A program made the position numbers and the translations under genes. Below the pieces are notes generated by a model that was given only the letters and a program-made list of their open reading frames with translations, was not told the DNA's origin and searched no databases. Positions 39,484-49,345 of a stretch of DNA of 64,000 nt are shown piece by piece (position 1 is the first letter of the stretch; every line of letters begins with the position of its first letter). Origin of the DNA: Nibricoccus sp. (lineage in GTDB: Bacteria > Verrucomicrobiota > Verrucomicrobiia > Opitutales > Opitutaceae); contig JASGHG010000001.1 of the NCBI GenBank assembly GCA_047602425.1, positions 1,600,001 through 1,664,000 of the forward strand, written 5' to 3'.

Positions 39484-42370
39484 CGATTGCGTCTCCTTCG
39501 CTCGCGGCCTCTACGCCAAACGTCGCTGCGAATTTCTTTTGCAAAATCGACACCGGAATCGGCGTGCAGGCCAGCGGACGCGGCGCGCCAGAAACCTCAT
39601 ATTTGTTCTGATCCGGTGTCAGCGCACCATAGCGTCCCGTCGCCAAATGCCGGCCGATTTCTGCCAACGGCGCCAAGCCCAGATCGAGTTCGTCCATTGC
39701 CAGCGAAGAAACTCCATCGGGCTTAACCATCCAAACGCGACCAGACTGCGCACCGAGCGAGCGCGCTGCCGCAAGATAAATACCCAGTTGCAACGATTCG
39801 CCCGTGAGGCCCATGCGTTTTGCGGAAAGCGCGTTATCGCTCCCGGTCTTAAAATCCACAATGTCCACGACCGCGCCCGGCCAAGTCTCGCGGTCCGCCA
39901 TTATCAGGTCCATTCGCCCGCTCACGCTTATGCTTTCGGCACCGCCCAGCGGCAAAACCACCCCTTCAGGCAAACGGCGCTCGGTCGCCATGAGCGAACC
40001 ACCTTCGAGATCCAATACGCCTTCCATCACCGCTTCGGCCCCCTGCGCCAAGGAAGCGTGAAACGAATCCCAGAAACGATTGGCGGGCCACAACCCGCGA
40101 AGCCGTTGCAGCTCCTCCGCAAGTCGTTGCTCCACTTGCGACCTCTCTGGACGGGCAAAAAAAACGCCTTCCCGATGTCCGCCGCGCAAGGCCTTTGCCA
40201 CTACCCGATGGATCAGTTGCCCAAGCGCTCTCGGCGCAGAGCGCAGCAATGGCCCGTGATCGAGACACGCGCAGCCCAACACCGCCTCGTACCAAAGCAC
40301 AGCAGGGTCGGCCACTGCCGCCTCCAGCGTACGAACAGCCACGCGTTGCGGACGCAACTTTCCTGGATCGACGGAAAAAAAGAACTCGTCGAATGGGCGG
40401 CTTTGCTCGCGACGCCCCTCCCACACCGCGCGCCAGATTTTAGTTCTTTCAGATGGATTCGGCTTCACCGACACCCTGGACGCAAGTCGCTCGAATGCCG
40501 CTGGCAGGTCGCCGCCTTTTATGCCGTTGTGCCAGAGCACGCGTTCGAGCCAGGCATTAGGCGCAAGCGGAAGTTCGGGTTGAGCCTCGTCGGTCAAGGC
40601 CGCAGAAAACACCACTTGCTCCCGGGCATCGCGCGCGAGTGCAGCATAGCCCCGCCGCTCCATCCACGCGCGGTCATCCGCGGTGGGCGGAGCTGGCAGC
40701 GAGGGATTGCTTTTAGCCAAGGCTAGACGCTGCTCATCCGTCAGCCACCCACTCGAACTTTGCCGCTGCGGCCATATCCCGGCATTGCTGCCCGTAAAAA
40801 TGACGTGCGACCAAGCGAGCCCCTCCGCCCGGCGACGACTGGTAAGCGTTACACGTGCATAGGCCACCGCGTTTGCCGAACCAACGACCATGCTATCCTT
40901 CGGCAGAAAAGAATCTATAAGGATGAAGATTTCCCGCGCCGGCAGCAGACGGCTCTCGCGCTCTGCAAAATTAACCAGCGCCTGCCATCCAGGTGGATTG
41001 GGCAGATCCAGCTTCGAGCACACACTCTGAAAAGATTCCAAAGCTTGGCGCAGCGTCAGCTCGTCCGGCCACACGGGAAGCAACAGCCCGACCACGCGGG
41101 CCATTTCCTTCCACTCCGGCCGATCGCGACCTTCAAAAAGCGGTACGCACGCGGTCAGCGAATGCGTTAGCTGTTCGTCGAACAGGCGTTCACATATACC
41201 GCGCGCCTGAAGCAGCGACAATTCAGTTTGCCCTGTCGCCTGAAGCAGCGGCCAGAGTGACAACAACTCATCGAGTCGTCCGCCCTGTGCGTAGAAAGCG
41301 ATCAATGCCCGTTGTAGCCGCGCCTCCAGCGGGGCGGCAGCCTTGCAGGGCAGAAGGTTGATAAATGGTACTCCGCGTTGCGTCAACAACCCCGCCAATC
41401 GCCCGACCGCGGCCTCCGCTTTCGGAAAAATCACGGCAATTTCAGACGCGCCTCCTGCGAGTAGCCGAACCACTTTATCCGCTACCAAATCCATTTCCTC
41501 TCCGCGCGTCCGCCCCACCAAAACTTCGGGAGGCCGACTGCCGTCAGAGGGCGTTTCCGCCAACCCCGCGCCCCCCCACCATGCGGCTACATGTTCGCAG
41601 GATTCGGCTGGCGCCGCTTCGTCGAGGGGCAGGGCCTCGACACCAAGAAATTTTTCCCACAACGCCACCCAGTCTTCATCAAGCGTGCGACGGCCGGAAA
41701 ATTCCGGCTCCGGCAAAACGATGGTCACATCCTCGAAACACCGCGCGAATGCCGCCACGTTGAAAAATTCGCCCCATGCCTCAGGCCCCAAACCATAGAT
41801 CAGCAACCGACCCCGTGCAAAAACAATGGGATTCTTAAATCCCTCCAAAGCCACGGTGCGGCTTTGGCTGGAACCCAGCACGTAACCGAGCCTTTCCACC
41901 CTGAGCGCCACTTCGGCGAAAACTTCCCGCAAGATCGGATCCGCAAAATCGTGCGCCGTGCGTCCCGCCTTGAGCAGTTCGTCGAAGTCGTCGAAGGCGC
42001 GCTCAGCGTCGCTCAACAAACTTTTGAGCAATCCGCGCTTGGGATCCTCGGCGGTCAGGCAGGCAAGTTGTCCGGCGATTGCGACCCGCAGTTCGAAAAG
42101 CAATAATTCGCGACCCAAAGCCGGACCCGAACCAGCCAATGGAAGCCATTTTTGCCGTGCGAGCCCCGGCGAGAGAAACTCCACGCCGAGCAGGGGAAGA
42201 TTCTCCGCCACGCAACGCTGTTTCAAGCCATGCGCCTGGCCACGCGTCGGAACTACCACCTGACTCCGCGTCAGCCCGGCCTGCGAAACGGCCAGCCATG
42301 GGCGGATCACCGCCTGCCAGGCGGTTTCCGCATGACGGGCGAGCAGGATCTGGACTTTTGGTTCAGGCAT
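39476..42370 (-). CDS. addB: AddB-like protein with C-terminal PD-(D/E)xK nuclease
   Basis: Overlaps the addA start; GQLIHR, GRMDLI, IVDFKTG, LQLGIY. Confidence 0.78.
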   Translation of the reverse strand: MPEPKVQILLARHAETAWQAVIRPWLAVSQAGLTRSQVVVPTRGQAHGLKQRCVAENLPLLGVEFLSPGLARQKWLPLAGSGPALGRELLLFELRVAIAGQLACLTAEDPKRGLLKSLLSDAERAFDDFDELLKAGRTAHDFADPILREVFAEVALRVERLGYVLGSSQSRTVALEGFKNPIVFARGRLLIYGLGPEAWGEFFNVAAFARCFEDVTIVLPEPEFSGRRTLDEDWVALWEKFLGVEALPLDEAAPAESCEHVAAWWGGAGLAETPSDGSRPPEVLVGRTRGEEMDLVADKVVRLLAGGASEIAVIFPKAEAAVGRLAGLLTQRGVPFINLLPCKAAAPLEARLQRALIAFYAQGGRLDELLSLWPLLQATGQTELSLLQARGICERLFDEQLTHSLTACVPLFEGRDRPEWKEMARVVGLLLPVWPDELTLRQALESFQSVCSKLDLPNPPGWQALVNFAERESRLLPAREIFILIDSFLPKDSMVVGSANAVAYARVTLTSRRRAEGLAWSHVIFTGSNAGIWPQRQSSSGWLTDEQRLALAKSNPSLPAPPTADDRAWMERRGYAALARDAREQVVFSAALTDEAQPELPLAPNAWLERVLWHNGIKGGDLPAAFERLASRVSVKPNPSERTKIWRAVWEGRREQSRPFDEFFFSVDPGKLRPQRVAVRTLEAAVADPAVLWYEAVLGCACLDHGPLLRSAPRALGQLIHRVVAKALRGGHREGVFFARPERSQVEQRLAEELQRLRGLWPANRFWDSFHASLAQGAEAVMEGVLDLEGGSLMATERRLPEGVVLPLGGAESISVSGRMDLIMADRETWPGAVVDIVDFKTGSDNALSAKRMGLTGESLQLGIYLAAARSLGAQSGRVWMVKPDGVSSLAMDELDLGLAPLAEIGRHLATGRYGALTPDQNKYEVSGAPRPLACTPIPVSILQKKFAATFGVEAASEGDAIDE

Positions 42371-42448
42371 GTGTTTCGGCCGGGGCGACGGAAAGCAATT
42401 CGACACCCGGAGCGCATCGGATGATTCGCGTTGGAATCGCGCGATGAC

Positions 42449-42489
42449 AAAACAAAAAGCCCCCGCCGCGGTTTACGCGGGCGGAGGCT
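42449..42489 (-). terminator. Terminator after rpsT
   Basis: AAAAAGCCCCCGCCGCG...CGCGGGCGGAGGCT. Confidence 0.75.
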
Positions 42490-42519
42490 GGCGAAATGGG
42501 TTAAGCGCTGACGCGGACC

Positions 42520-42780
42520 TTACTTGGCCTGCGCGTACTTCGCAGCGTGCGATTTCGCACGGGCGGCGGCGTTCTTGTGCACCACGCCCGACTTGGTGGC
42601 CTTGTCCATGGCGGAGCTGTAAGCGATCGCAGCGGCCTTCGCAGCGGCGGCGTCGCCGGACTTGATGGCCTCGTCCAGCTTCTTGTGCAGGGTCTTCAGG
42701 CGGGTGTTGACACCCTTGTTACGGGTGGTGAGGCGCTCGGCTTTACGGGCGGCTTTGATAGCGGATTTGGTGTTGGCCAT
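42520..42780 (-). CDS. rpsT: 30S ribosomal protein S20
   Basis: MANTKSAIKAAR...MDKATKSGVVHKNAAARAKS. Confidence 0.97.
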   Translation of the reverse strand: MANTKSAIKAARKAERLTTRNKGVNTRLKTLHKKLDEAIKSGDAAAAKAAAIAYSSAMDKATKSGVVHKNAAARAKSHAAKYAQAK

Positions 42781-42971
42781 GGCGTGTTTCGACTTTTGAG
42801 CCGGACAGAAACCCAAACGAGCGCCCTAGAGTCAAGGGCAATTCTAAGTGCCCGCCGTTAACCAAGGTTTCAACGAACACGGTCCCTCGGCGTCGTTGAC
42901 CGCTCTTTCTGCATCGACTCCATGAATGCGCTCTCAAGACTTCGTCGGCAAATCCCCTCAATACCGATGCC

Positions 42972-44546
42972 ATGAAGCTGAAAACCCGCCTGGTGCTTCT
43001 GCTTTTGCTGATGTTCCTCGCCAGCTTGGCCGGGGTAGCGATGCTCCAAGCCATCCATCGAGCTGAGGAACAGGAGGCTTTTGCCTATAAACTGCTCGAA
43101 CGTGAAGACCTCTGCAATCAGGTCGTCCCGTTGCTTGAGTACCCCGTTGACCAGTTTGTCCGCGACTATTCGCAATGGGATGACTTGGTTCGTTTCGTCG
43201 CCGCGCCTGATCCAGAGTGGGCCCGGGTCAATATCGACAACAGCCTCACGACCTTTCGTCTCACGGCGGCGTGGATTCTCGATGCGCAAGGACAGGTCCT
43301 CTATGCCGCGAAGGAAGCTCGCGTCACAACGATGCCCGACATCCCCGCCGCGAATCCCCCCCTGCTCGATCTCCTGCGTAAAAAACGTTTTCTCAACTGC
43401 TATGCTCGCCAGGGCGACGCCACGTATGCCTTCCGAACGGCTCCCATCCAGCCCTCGGCCGACAACCAGCGCGTATCGCCTCCCCAGGGCTGGCTGATTG
43501 CCATTACTCCGGTCGATGCTGATTACCTCCAGCATTTCGGCACCTTGCTAGGCACAAAAGCAGAACTGCTCGCCGGATCCATCCCACGCGAGAGCCGTCC
43601 CTCCAACCAAATTACTCGCGAGTTAAGAGATTGCACCGGCCAAGTCATTGCCACGATCCGTCTCGACTATACTCCGCAAACCCTAACCAGTGACTCCAAT
43701 CTGCAGGAGATGCTCCTGCTCGTCGCCCTCGCCGTCACCCTCATCACGGCTGTCTTCTTCGCCTTGCATTTCTGGGTGCTCCGCCCGTTCGACCACATCA
43801 CCGAAAGCCTCGTCACCGGCAAACCTGATGCCCTCAAGCCGCTGCTCGGTAATCGCACCGAAATCGGTCACGTTGCCCGTCTTGTCCGGATTCATTTCGC
43901 CAACCAACGTTCCATGAGCGAAACCATGGAGGCGCGCGCCCAGCTCGCTCGGGATTTACACGATGGCGTCATCCAATCCATCTACGCGGCCGGCATGGGC
44001 GTCGCCGCCGCCCAGGCCCAGATCGACACCCAACCTGAAGCCGCCGCCAATCAACTTCAACAAATCCGCACGCTGCTCAACGATACGATCCGCGAAACCC
44101 GCAGCTTCATCACGGGCCTCGATTCCGGCAGCACCGACGACCAGCCCTTTGGGGCGGCGGTCGAGGCGCTTTTTGAATCCATGTCTTGGATACGCCGGGC
44201 CACTCCCGTTATCGAAATCAACGAGTCCGTCGCCCAACTCCTCCCGCGCCAATCTCGCGAGCAGGCGCTTCAAATGATCCGCGAGGCCCTCAGCAACAGC
44301 CTTCGTCACGGCCAAGCCTCGGAAATCAAGATAACCTTGCGACATGCCGGCGGAAACGCCGTCCTTTCTATTGCCGACAATGGTCGCGGTTTCGCCCTCG
44401 ATCAAAAAAAGGTCGGCGGCCATGGCCTCAACAATTTGGGAGAACGCGCAAATGCGATTGGTGCGCGGATAAAAATCGATTCTGCACCAGGCAAAGGCAC
44501 TTGCGTTACGGTGGAGTTCACCCCAACCAATCCGGCATCCCCATGA
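42972..44546 (+). CDS. Membrane sensor histidine kinase (CHASE4-like sensor, HisKA_3)
   Basis: Two TMs, DYSQWDD CHASE4-type motif, LARDLHDGVIQ, EALSNSLRHG, DNGRGF, GHGL, GKGT. Confidence 0.9.
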   Translation: MKLKTRLVLLLLLMFLASLAGVAMLQAIHRAEEQEAFAYKLLEREDLCNQVVPLLEYPVDQFVRDYSQWDDLVRFVAAPDPEWARVNIDNSLTTFRLTAAWILDAQGQVLYAAKEARVTTMPDIPAANPPLLDLLRKKRFLNCYARQGDATYAFRTAPIQPSADNQRVSPPQGWLIAITPVDADYLQHFGTLLGTKAELLAGSIPRESRPSNQITRELRDCTGQVIATIRLDYTPQTLTSDSNLQEMLLLVALAVTLITAVFFALHFWVLRPFDHITESLVTGKPDALKPLLGNRTEIGHVARLVRIHFANQRSMSETMEARAQLARDLHDGVIQSIYAAGMGVAAAQAQIDTQPEAAANQLQQIRTLLNDTIRETRSFITGLDSGSTDDQPFGAAVEALFESMSWIRRATPVIEINESVAQLLPRQSREQALQMIREALSNSLRHGQASEIKITLRHAGGNAVLSIADNGRGFALDQKKVGGHGLNNLGERANAIGARIKIDSAPGKGTCVTVEFTPTNPASP

Positions 44547-45211
44547 ACTCCCCCAAGCCCGTCATCCAATTGCTCATCGTGGACGACAGCCCGTTCGTCC
44601 GCCAGGGAGTGAAAGCCATCATTGAAACCATCGGACGTGGCTCCGGAATCAACGTCGTGGGCGAGGCCGCGTCCGTCGACGAAGCCATTAGGAAAAGTGT
44701 GCAGCTAAAACCCGATGTAGTGCTTTTGGACATACGCCTGCCCGATGGCTCAGGCATCGCCGCCTGCGAGAAAATCGCACGCCAAGACCCCGCGCCCAAG
44801 GTGCTTATTTTCACGTCTCATATCAGCGATCCTCTGATCTACGAAGCCATCACTGCGGGAGCCGAAGGCTATCTGATGAAGGAAATCGACCCCGGACATT
44901 TGATTGACTCCATCCAACGCGTCCACGACGGCGCGACCATCCTTTCGCCCGAACTCGCCTCGCGCATGATCAATCTCGTGCGCAAATCCGCCGAACCCGA
45001 CGAAAGAACTAAATTCGATCTTCTTTCGAACCAGGAACGGCGCGTCCTGGCCCTGGTTGCGGCCGGCAAGACCAACAAAGAAGTCTCCGCCGACCTCGGG
45101 CTCAGCGAAAACACGGTTAAAAACTATCTCGGCAGCGTTTACGAAAAGCTCGGAGTGAAAAGGAGATCCCAAGCTGCTTCCGTTTACGTTAGGGTCAGGA
45201 CCCAAACGTAA
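44543..45211 (+). CDS. NarL/LuxR (DevR-like) response regulator
   Basis: IVDD, PDVVLLDIRLPDGSG, GYLMK, GKTNKEV...LSENTVKNY; ATGA overlap with the kinase. Confidence 0.94.
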   Translation: MNSPKPVIQLLIVDDSPFVRQGVKAIIETIGRGSGINVVGEAASVDEAIRKSVQLKPDVVLLDIRLPDGSGIAACEKIARQDPAPKVLIFTSHISDPLIYEAITAGAEGYLMKEIDPGHLIDSIQRVHDGATILSPELASRMINLVRKSAEPDERTKFDLLSNQERRVLALVAAGKTNKEVSADLGLSENTVKNYLGSVYEKLGVKRRSQAASVYVRVRTQT

Positions 45212-45225
45212 AATACACCCATTCA

Positions 45226-45243
45226 GGCCTAGTCCACTAGGCC
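45226..45243. promoter_or_regulatory. Palindrome upstream of the pilin cassette (candidate regulator site)
   Basis: GGCCTAGT-CC-ACTAGGCC. Confidence 0.35.
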
Positions 45244-45300
45244 GTTATACCCGCCGGAAGGCCTCTACCTACCTTTTTCGTGGGCTGTTAGACTCTGGGA

Positions 45301-45774
45301 ATGGTACAGATCCCAAAAACAGCCGTTCGTTCCGCAACTACCCCGCGGGGAAAAGCCGCGACTAGAGGCCTCACGCTCGTCGAAGTCATGGTGGCCACTG
45401 TCGTGCTAGCTTTGGTGTTAACCACGTCGATTTCCGTTCTCGGGATGAATTTCAACACGATTGATACCGCGAGAAACAGCACGATTGCAGCTCAGGTCAT
45501 GCAATCGGAAATCGAACAACTGCGTCTTCTCAGCTGGACCGACATGCTGGCAAAAGTTGGAACGGCGACGACCAAAACCATCTCCGACCCCCAGACCGCC
45601 ACTTTCGTTTGCACACGCACGGTCACAGCCGATCCGGCCCGCCCGGCGACGATGCTCATCATAAACATCTCCACAACGTGGAAGAATCGCAACGGCACGG
45701 TGCATACACGTTCTTTCAGCACCAACTACGCGAAAGGAGGAATTTCCGATTACTATGTCACCCGCCATTCATAA
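45301..45774 (+). CDS. Prepilin-type protein (PilV/GspI-like minor pilin)
   Basis: Class III signal TRG|LTLVEVMVA with E5. Confidence 0.85.
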   Translation: MVQIPKTAVRSATTPRGKAATRGLTLVEVMVATVVLALVLTTSISVLGMNFNTIDTARNSTIAAQVMQSEIEQLRLLSWTDMLAKVGTATTKTISDPQTATFVCTRTVTADPARPATMLIINISTTWKNRNGTVHTRSFSTNYAKGGISDYYVTRHS

Positions 45775-46375
45775 GCACCCCCAACGCTCGCGAGCAGCTT
45801 TCACCCTCGTAGAAGTTCTGGTCGCGATGTCGATTTCACTCATGGTGATGGCCGGAGTGATGTCGACGTTTCTGTTCACCACTCGAGGGAATTATACTGT
45901 GTTCAATTACACCGACATGGAATCCGAGGCCCGCAATTGCCTCGATCAGTTCGGCGTCGATGTCCGCATGGCCCAAGATATTTCGTGGGATAGTGTTGCT
46001 CCGACCGACAGCACAACCCGGATCAGCCTCGTCATTCCGACGGCCACAGGTACCAAAACCTGCTCGTATGAATATGATCCGGCTGCAAAAACGTTTAGCC
46101 GGATCACTCCTGGAGGAACGCAGATTTTGGTTCATTCCGTCAAACCAGGCTCGTTCGTGCTAAATGGTTTCAAAGTCAGCATTGATCCATTGACCGGGGA
46201 ACCCAATGCCGTTGCCGACCCAATCGACCCCAGCAATCGCTCTCAAGCCGCCACCGACTGCAAACAATTACAAATCATACTTACCACCACTCGAGAACAG
46301 CGCACCCTTGCAGTCGTAACCGCCAAGTTAATTTCCGCACGTTTTATCCTCCGCAACAAGAAGGTCACAATTTGA
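45755..46375 (+). CDS. Prepilin-type protein (PilW/GspJ-like)
   Basis: RAA|FTLVEVLVA; QFGVDVRMA motif; ends ILRNK. Confidence 0.85.
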   Translation: MSPAIHKHPQRSRAAFTLVEVLVAMSISLMVMAGVMSTFLFTTRGNYTVFNYTDMESEARNCLDQFGVDVRMAQDISWDSVAPTDSTTRISLVIPTATGTKTCSYEYDPAAKTFSRITPGGTQILVHSVKPGSFVLNGFKVSIDPLTGEPNAVADPIDPSNRSQAATDCKQLQIILTTTREQRTLAVVTAKLISARFILRNKKVTI

Positions 46376-46382
46376 TATCGTC

Positions 46383-47840
46383 ATGAAAACGCCACTTCAA
46401 CAAAACCGGGGATCCATACTCCTCGTTACAATGATTTTCGTCGTGCTGGTAACCTTCATGGTTGCGAGCTACTTGGGCTTAACATCGACCTCACTGAAAG
46501 TATCGCACCGCATGTACCATTCGATCGCGGCCCTCGACGTCGCTGAATCCGGCCTCGAGGAGGCCATGTGGTCCATCAACAACGGCGGCATTAACACGAC
46601 CGGTGGCTGGACGATCAACGGCGCTGACGCCACGAAGACTGTAAGCAACTACCTCTTCGGTCAAAATAAGAGCGGGAGCGCCAAAATCTATGTTCGCAAT
46701 TTTGCCAGCCAGACAGCGACTCGGGTTGTCGCCTGTCGCGCTTCACTTGCCCTTCCAAATGCAGGCACGGTCGAACGCTGGATAGAGCTCACTCTGAGCC
46801 CTGGCATTTCTCCCTACGGACTTCCTCCTACCGGGAAACGTTTCGTAAAATTTAGCGGCCAGCCCACGGTGGACAGTTGGAATTCCGATCCGGATTTTGA
46901 TTCGTCTACGCCGTACGTGCCTTACAGCGCTGCGACCGCCCACGACAAAGGTGGCGTCGCCGCTGTGGAAATCACCGCCGACATCACAGTTTCCAACGGC
47001 ACCGTATGGGGAACCGCTGCGGTAGGCAGTAACAGCCTGAGCTCAATTACTCTTGGACCTAAAGGATTGGTCGGCCCTTATGGCACCCCCCAAGGTACGA
47101 TGCCTGGTGCCAGCACAGACTTCTCGGTTGCCCTGCCAAACATCGAACAACCTACAGGTGGCACTGTCACTGCCATTTCAGGTACTACCTTAACGGGCAG
47201 CAACGACCCTTTGCATCCCACAGTCTACACGGCCTCGTCTCTGTCATTTAATAAAGAAACGCTCACGGTTAATGGTTATGTAGAACTTCGCCTCACCGCC
47301 CCTGAAGGCCTTCCCGCTTTGACCATCACTGGCAATGGCGGAGGAATAAACATAGATGCCTCGATTGGATCAATCGTCATGCCCATCGACCCCGACAACC
47401 CCAGCGGTCCTACTCACATTGTCAACGGCCCGAGATCCGGGCTCACGATCTATACCGCCGGAGACGTTTCGATTCAGGGCAATGGCGTCGCCAACCAATA
47501 TACATCAGGTTCAGGTACGACCATGGGCCAGCCTTCGCTCTTTCAAGTCAAAGGGACCGGCACAACCCCCGGCGTTCAGAATATTACAATCGGCGGCAAT
47601 GGAAATCTGAGCGGCGTCGTTTACGCCCCCAACGCCGATATTACGCTCAACGGATTTGGTAATAGCGGCAACTTCTACGGCACTGCGATTGGCAACAGTC
47701 TTACCTTTAACGGATCCAATGTGGCCGTTCACTACGACGAATCGCTGAACAAATTGGGTGGCGCTACTCCGGCGCGCATCAGCAAATGGCGCGAACTCGT
47801 CACTCCCAACGAAAAACTCGCATACAGCGGCAAACTCTAA
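46383..47840 (+). CDS. PilX/GspK-like protein with large Gly/Thr/Asn-rich C-terminal domain
   Basis: NRG|SILLVTM (no E5), AESGLEEA, GVVYAPNADITL, HYDESL, WRE. Confidence 0.8.
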   Translation: MKTPLQQNRGSILLVTMIFVVLVTFMVASYLGLTSTSLKVSHRMYHSIAALDVAESGLEEAMWSINNGGINTTGGWTINGADATKTVSNYLFGQNKSGSAKIYVRNFASQTATRVVACRASLALPNAGTVERWIELTLSPGISPYGLPPTGKRFVKFSGQPTVDSWNSDPDFDSSTPYVPYSAATAHDKGGVAAVEITADITVSNGTVWGTAAVGSNSLSSITLGPKGLVGPYGTPQGTMPGASTDFSVALPNIEQPTGGTVTAISGTTLTGSNDPLHPTVYTASSLSFNKETLTVNGYVELRLTAPEGLPALTITGNGGGINIDASIGSIVMPIDPDNPSGPTHIVNGPRSGLTIYTAGDVSIQGNGVANQYTSGSGTTMGQPSLFQVKGTGTTPGVQNITIGGNGNLSGVVYAPNADITLNGFGNSGNFYGTAIGNSLTFNGSNVAVHYDESLNKLGGATPARISKWRELVTPNEKLAYSGKL

Positions 47841-47861
47841 AGGTCGTCTTTAGATAAGCCC

Positions 47862-48370
47862 TTGGTTTTGGAGCCGGTAAGCCGGATTCTGTGTACGCCT
47901 TGCGGCGGTGATCGTCATTTCTCTAACTGCTCGCGCAGCTTTTCGCCGAAGCGAAATGCGGCATACCCGCGGCTGTAGGACGGGCCGCCCAGCCGCCTAT
48001 TTTGCCTTGCACCGGATTGGGTTTTTCGTGCCGCCGTCATCGCTAACGACGCGGTGGGCTCTTACTCCACCTTTTCACCCTGACCTGCTTTCAAATCCCA
48101 AATCTCGCGATCTGGAATCCAAAAAACAGGCGGTCTGTTTTCTGTGACACTGTCCGTCGCACGCGGGATATGGCCCGCGGCGCCCCGGCTTGAGCAGAAG
48201 CGTGCTTGTGCGGTGACCTTTCGGCCGGTCCGACACGGCGCGACAACGTTTCTCGCCGGGAATCCTGCCCGGTGGTGTCCGGACTTTCCTCTCAAAGTTA
48301 CTTACGGGCGTGGCATTACCCACGCCTTGGGATCAAAGAACTAGGAGCGACGATCTGGCTCCAAAACCAA
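47862..48370 (-). ncRNA. rnpB: RNase P RNA (type A, expanded)
   Basis: Minus strand GAGGAAAGTCCGG...ACAGAAAAC...GGGTGAAAAGG...GCAAGGC...ACAGAATCCGGCTTA; P1 formed by TTGGTTTTGGAGCC / GGCTCCAAAACCAA. Ends approximate. Confidence 0.95.
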
Positions 48371-48485
48371 GGACCGAAGATCATAGGCCACCGTTTTCCC
48401 AACGCAACGCCGAAGAAAAACTTCACTGACCAGTCCCGACCCATTTTCCTCCATCGACCACCCAACCCCCGCCGTCTCTTGGCTA

Positions 48486-48520
48486 CTGACTTCTGGCGTC
48501 CGGCCTCTGGCATCTGGTTT
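48486..48520. repeat. Degenerate 7-bp tandem repeat
   Basis: CTGACTT CTGGCGT CCGGCCT CTGGCAT CTGGTTT. Confidence 0.5.
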
Positions 48521-48542
48521 CCAGCACGCGTCTCTCCGTGTA

Positions 48543-49247
48543 TCAGAAATCGAAATACACAATGCGTCCACATTGGTCGCAGGTCGCAAGCTTGTCGCCT
48601 TTGCGCGATTCCGACTCGGCTTCGCTGGAAACCTTCAAGTGACAGCCGCCACACTTTCCATCGCGAATCGGCACGCATGCCGGCAACCCGCGCGCCGCAA
48701 TCCGATCATAAATCCGGACGCTCGGCACATCGATGGGCTCCCGCGCCGCCACCACGGCCGCCTGCGCATCTTTGAGCTCCGCCGCGAGACTGGCCTCGCG
48801 TGTCTTCAAATCCCGGATACGCGCTTCATGGCCCGCGATGTTTTGCTTTAGCGTCGCTTCGGCCGCGTTGAATTTCTTTTTGGCTTCGTCGATCGCGTAC
48901 ATGACGCCGAGTTCGTTTTCCTCGAGTACACTGATCGCCGCCTGCGTCGTCTCGATTTCGTGACCCAGCGCCTGGAACTCGTCGTTTTTGCGCACGGAGA
49001 GTTGCTGCGTGCGATATTTTCCGAGTTTTTCCTCGGCCGCCCGAATATCCGTCTCCAAGGCCTTCTTTTTTACCTCCAGCTCTTTCATTTCCGTGCGCGC
49101 CGACTCGATGGCGGTTTTTTCAACGGCGATTTTTTGCTCCACAGAAGCGATGTCACGAGGCACAGCTTTCAATTGCGCCTCCAACGTGAGCCGCTTGCCG
49201 TCACGATCTTGCAGGATCAGGATTTTTTCGAGGGCGGGGTGACGCAT
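48543..49247 (-). CDS. Coiled-coil protein with C4 zinc ribbon (DUF164/CT398/HP0958-like)
   Basis: LILQDRD, long coiled coil, CGGCH...CDQCGRI; adjacent to rnpB. Confidence 0.9.
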   Translation of the reverse strand: MRHPALEKILILQDRDGKRLTLEAQLKAVPRDIASVEQKIAVEKTAIESARTEMKELEVKKKALETDIRAAEEKLGKYRTQQLSVRKNDEFQALGHEIETTQAAISVLEENELGVMYAIDEAKKKFNAAEATLKQNIAGHEARIRDLKTREASLAAELKDAQAAVVAAREPIDVPSVRIYDRIAARGLPACVPIRDGKCGGCHLKVSSEAESESRKGDKLATCDQCGRIVYFDF

Positions 49248-49345
49248 ACGATGCATCGTATGCGGCTTCGTCCGCCGGGCTCAATACCCAACTTACCCGG
49301 ATTTTCGCCAACCGCCCTCGCTGCTCCGGCTAAGCCGATTCCCGG

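Noticed and set aside
47908..48775. ORFs over 47.9-48.5 kb
   Set aside because: Explained by rnpB and its flank.
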